From Hemiscyllium ocellatum (taxonomy: Eukaryota), in NCBI RefSeq assembly GCF_020745735.1, contig NC_083413.1:98180409-98244408 (forward strand): a DNA stretch of 64,000 nucleotides, read 5' to 3'. Positions 61,318 to 64,000 of the stretch are shown one piece after another. Made by a program: the position numbers and the translations under genes. The notes beneath the pieces were generated by a model, which did not search any database, was not told the DNA's origin, and was given only the letters and a program-made list of their open reading frames with translations. Position 1 is the first letter of the stretch. The number at the start of each line of letters is the position of its first letter.

Positions 61318-61642
61318 TATTCAGCCTCCATTGTTTGAAATAGTCAGTGATTACTTCTACAAACCGTCTTAACTTGCAGTTCGGTATTAGTTCTGTGGGG
61401 TTTTATGCCAGTATCACTATTTAATTTGTAAAAGTGTTGGGTAATTATTGATACACTAGTTGGGGATGTTGAGAATCAGCTATGTGTTACTCTGTGAAGT
61501 ATAAAACAGTATTAAAATTTATCAAGAATGATCAGAATTCACTCGCGCAATTATGTGATGAAGATTTATCATGACTTTATTTTGCCTGTGGTTCTGAAAA
61601 TTTAAAATGATGGTAGATTTTTGATTTGTTTTATGCAGAGCT

Positions 61643-61681
61643 AGTTATTGTGTGATCCAGTCCAGAGAATGTAACACTGTG
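61643..61681 (-). other. JH 5' RSS (23-RSS)
   Basis: AGTTATTGT (61643-61651) - 23 nt - CACTGTG (61675-61681). Confidence 0.93.
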
Positions 61682-61729
61682 ACTATCTTGATTACTGGGG
61701 CCAAGGGACCATGGTGACAGTGACTTCAG
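61682..61729 (+). CDS. IGHJ: JH segment (YLDYWGQGTMVTVTS)
   Basis: WGQG motif, donor GTAAG at 61730. Confidence 0.97.
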
Positions 61730-62241
61730 GTAAGAACTTTGAACATTCTTAGTGACATTTTAAAAACTTTCTATTCATGTGACTAATTTCTGAATTAAAT
61801 GAAACTCAGATTCTGTGCTGAGTTTGGTTTGGTTCGGATTGATTTTTGTTCAGACTGATTATAGACTTCAGTTAAGGCTCAGCAAATAGTTAAAATGGTG
61901 ATGATGGAGTCATTTGCTCAGTGTATCTCTTTTTTTTGATCAGATGGACATTCTATGTGGCTGGGTTACTTGAAACACCTAATGTCTCTTAATCAGTCAG
62001 CTATAAATAATGTTTAATGTCAGTGACACCCTGACTGTGAGTTTTATTATCAACAACAAATGCTACGAATTCAAAGATGTTCAAGATATTACCAAACATG
62101 ACTAAAATATGCTAAAATATCATTATTCATTTCTTGAATATATGTTCTTACCATGATTATATTTTCTCATTTATTTTGTTAATTTTGTTGATGACAAGCA
62201 GGTTAGAAACTGTCATCAAAGTTTCTTGCGGTGCTATATTG

Positions 62242-62535
62242 CATTCTGTTGATTAGATTCGGAGTTTGTTTTACTTGATTCTGTTGAATTGAGTTGATTG
62301 GATTTTGGCTTTGTTTTAGTTGATTCGGGTTGAACTGTGTTGATTGGATTCTGACTTTGTTTTTACTTGGTTTTGTTGAATTGTGTTGATTGACTTTTGA
62401 AATGGTTTTATTTGATTCTGTTGAATTGAATTGGTTGGATTCTGATTATATTTCATTCAAATCTGTTGTTTTAAGTTGATTGGATTCTGATTTTATTTTC
62501 CTTGATTCTGTTGAATTGAGTTGATTGGATTCTTA
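62242..62535 (+). repeat. Imperfect ~45-bp T/G-rich tandem repeat in the J-C intron
   Basis: About 6-7 degenerate copies of TTGATTCTGTTGAATTGAGTTGATTGGATTCTGA...; C-poor top strand. Confidence 0.85.
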
Positions 62536-64000
62536 TTCAGTTTGTGAAATTGATCTGCGTTTTCATGCTTTCTGAATCGATGTTTTCTTTCTGGTGAGGA
62601 GATTGACTCTCTGGAATACTTTTCATTACCAATATTTGTGAAGTTCTTTTGTTTTTCATGAATCATTTCTGCATTTGTTAAACTTATATGACACATTTTT
62701 CTCTGCTTGATTGAAAACATGACATCCATTTGTAACGGTCTGAAAAACAACTTAAGGCAGAAACCCAGATGTGTGAGAAATGAAAAAAAAACGAGTTTTT
62801 AATGGATTGACTTTAAAAAAAAACTCAGTTCTAATTGTAAACGAACTGAATTTTGTTTTGAGTAGCCTCATTCAAAATAAAATTTGGGACCTAAATCTGA
62901 AACTGCAGAATTGATCAGATTACGTAATTGAAACTAACTTAAAATTATAATGTGGTAATATTTGTCCATTCAGTAATTTTGTTTTGACCACGAGGTGATT
63001 AATCAATATATGCCTTCAACCCCACTCTACTGTGCACTGCACAAGATTGTCATGATCAGGAAGGGTGTGCAGGTTAGAAATAAATTGAACTATTGCCAGA
63101 AACGTTACAGCTTTAAGTGTTAAGTCCCCTCACAAACAAGGTTGCTATTATGACCTGTTATTTCTATTCAATTTAATCATTAGTTTGCTTGATTCTGAGC
63201 AGCTTTGTTAGACTTCAATTTGGTTTTATTTGTGAGGTGACATCATGTTCTTGGTTCTGTTGAAAATGTTTGCAGAGCTAGTTCTGCTGCAAACATACCG
63301 TGTTGTGATCTGGTGATCGTTGATCTGTTGAGGAGGGACTGTGCTTGGGTAACATTAAATGTGTTATATTTGGGAAACCGTTTCTGGTTTCTACATTGTT
63401 TTTGCAATGTTAACACGGTTGGTGACAGTGAACTGCTCTTTCCTCATTCAATGCAATCAGCATGCGAGTTACAATTTCATAAAGTCTATTATAAAGTGAA
63501 AGGCAAATCGCACAGGTTTTAGAAATGAAGGGAAAACAGATACCTTCAGGTGCTATTTTTACTTAAAATAAATAATTAAGGATTAATCTAATCCATGCTT
63601 TACAATCCAAATTCGAAACTCAACTATCTAGTTCAATCACAAGGTCTGTCTTTAAACAGTTTACAAGTCATAGAGAAATATAAATAGAATTTCAAAAGTC
63701 TAATGTTCTAATAATTCTTGCTCTTGCACTGCCATGACTGTGCTATAATTGATCAAGAAACACCTTTCAATTCCGCTGTACACTACATACATATTTTTCT
63801 GGCTGGAAAAGATCATTGGCAAAGACCATTTGGAAATTCTGCTCAATTGTATGAAGAACAGATCAGTTTCACTGCTTTGATCAGTTTCACATATAACTTG
63901 AGTTAATTAATTGTTATGTCCCTGATTAAACTGGATTTGCAGGATAAAAATAAAACATTAACTGAATTATTTAACCTGCACAGTGCTTTAGGTGTTCCCA

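Noticed and set aside
61730-64000. IgH constant exon (CH1)
   Set aside because: No Ig-domain ORF is visible before the window ends, so the isotype is not confirmed.

Overview
Non-bacterial window: repeat-rich genomic DNA from a cartilaginous fish (shark), inferred from HE1/V-SINEs, CR1 LINEs, Penelope elements and a shark-type IgH minilocus. The only intact gene is at the 3' end: an unrearranged germline immunoglobulin heavy-chain cluster of IgM-type architecture on the + strand. It comprises a leader exon (60017-60065), VH (60172-60476), D1 (60892-60905), D2 (61275-61289) and JH (61682-61729), with RSS spacers 23 | 12/22 | 12/12 | 23; the C exons lie beyond the window. The upstream ~59 kb contains two C2H2 zinc-finger pseudogenes, an old tandem duplication, a decayed retrovirus-like element (gag-pro-pol, minus strand) and two copies of a solo LTR. 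It also holds several CR1 LINEs, Penelope elements with hammerhead-ribozyme-like cores and TSD-flanked hairpin derivatives, three young HE1 SINEs, a 5.8-kb 33-bp minisatellite and a 46-bp minisatellite. A ~580-bp-arm inverted repeat lies 2.3-5 kb upstream of VH. The best leads are this inverted repeat, an ETS/IRF+octamer module before D2, a strand-skewed repeat in the J-C intron, the Penelope hairpin/hammerhead family and the unusual retrovirus relic. All alignments were done by eye, so repeat boundaries are approximate.
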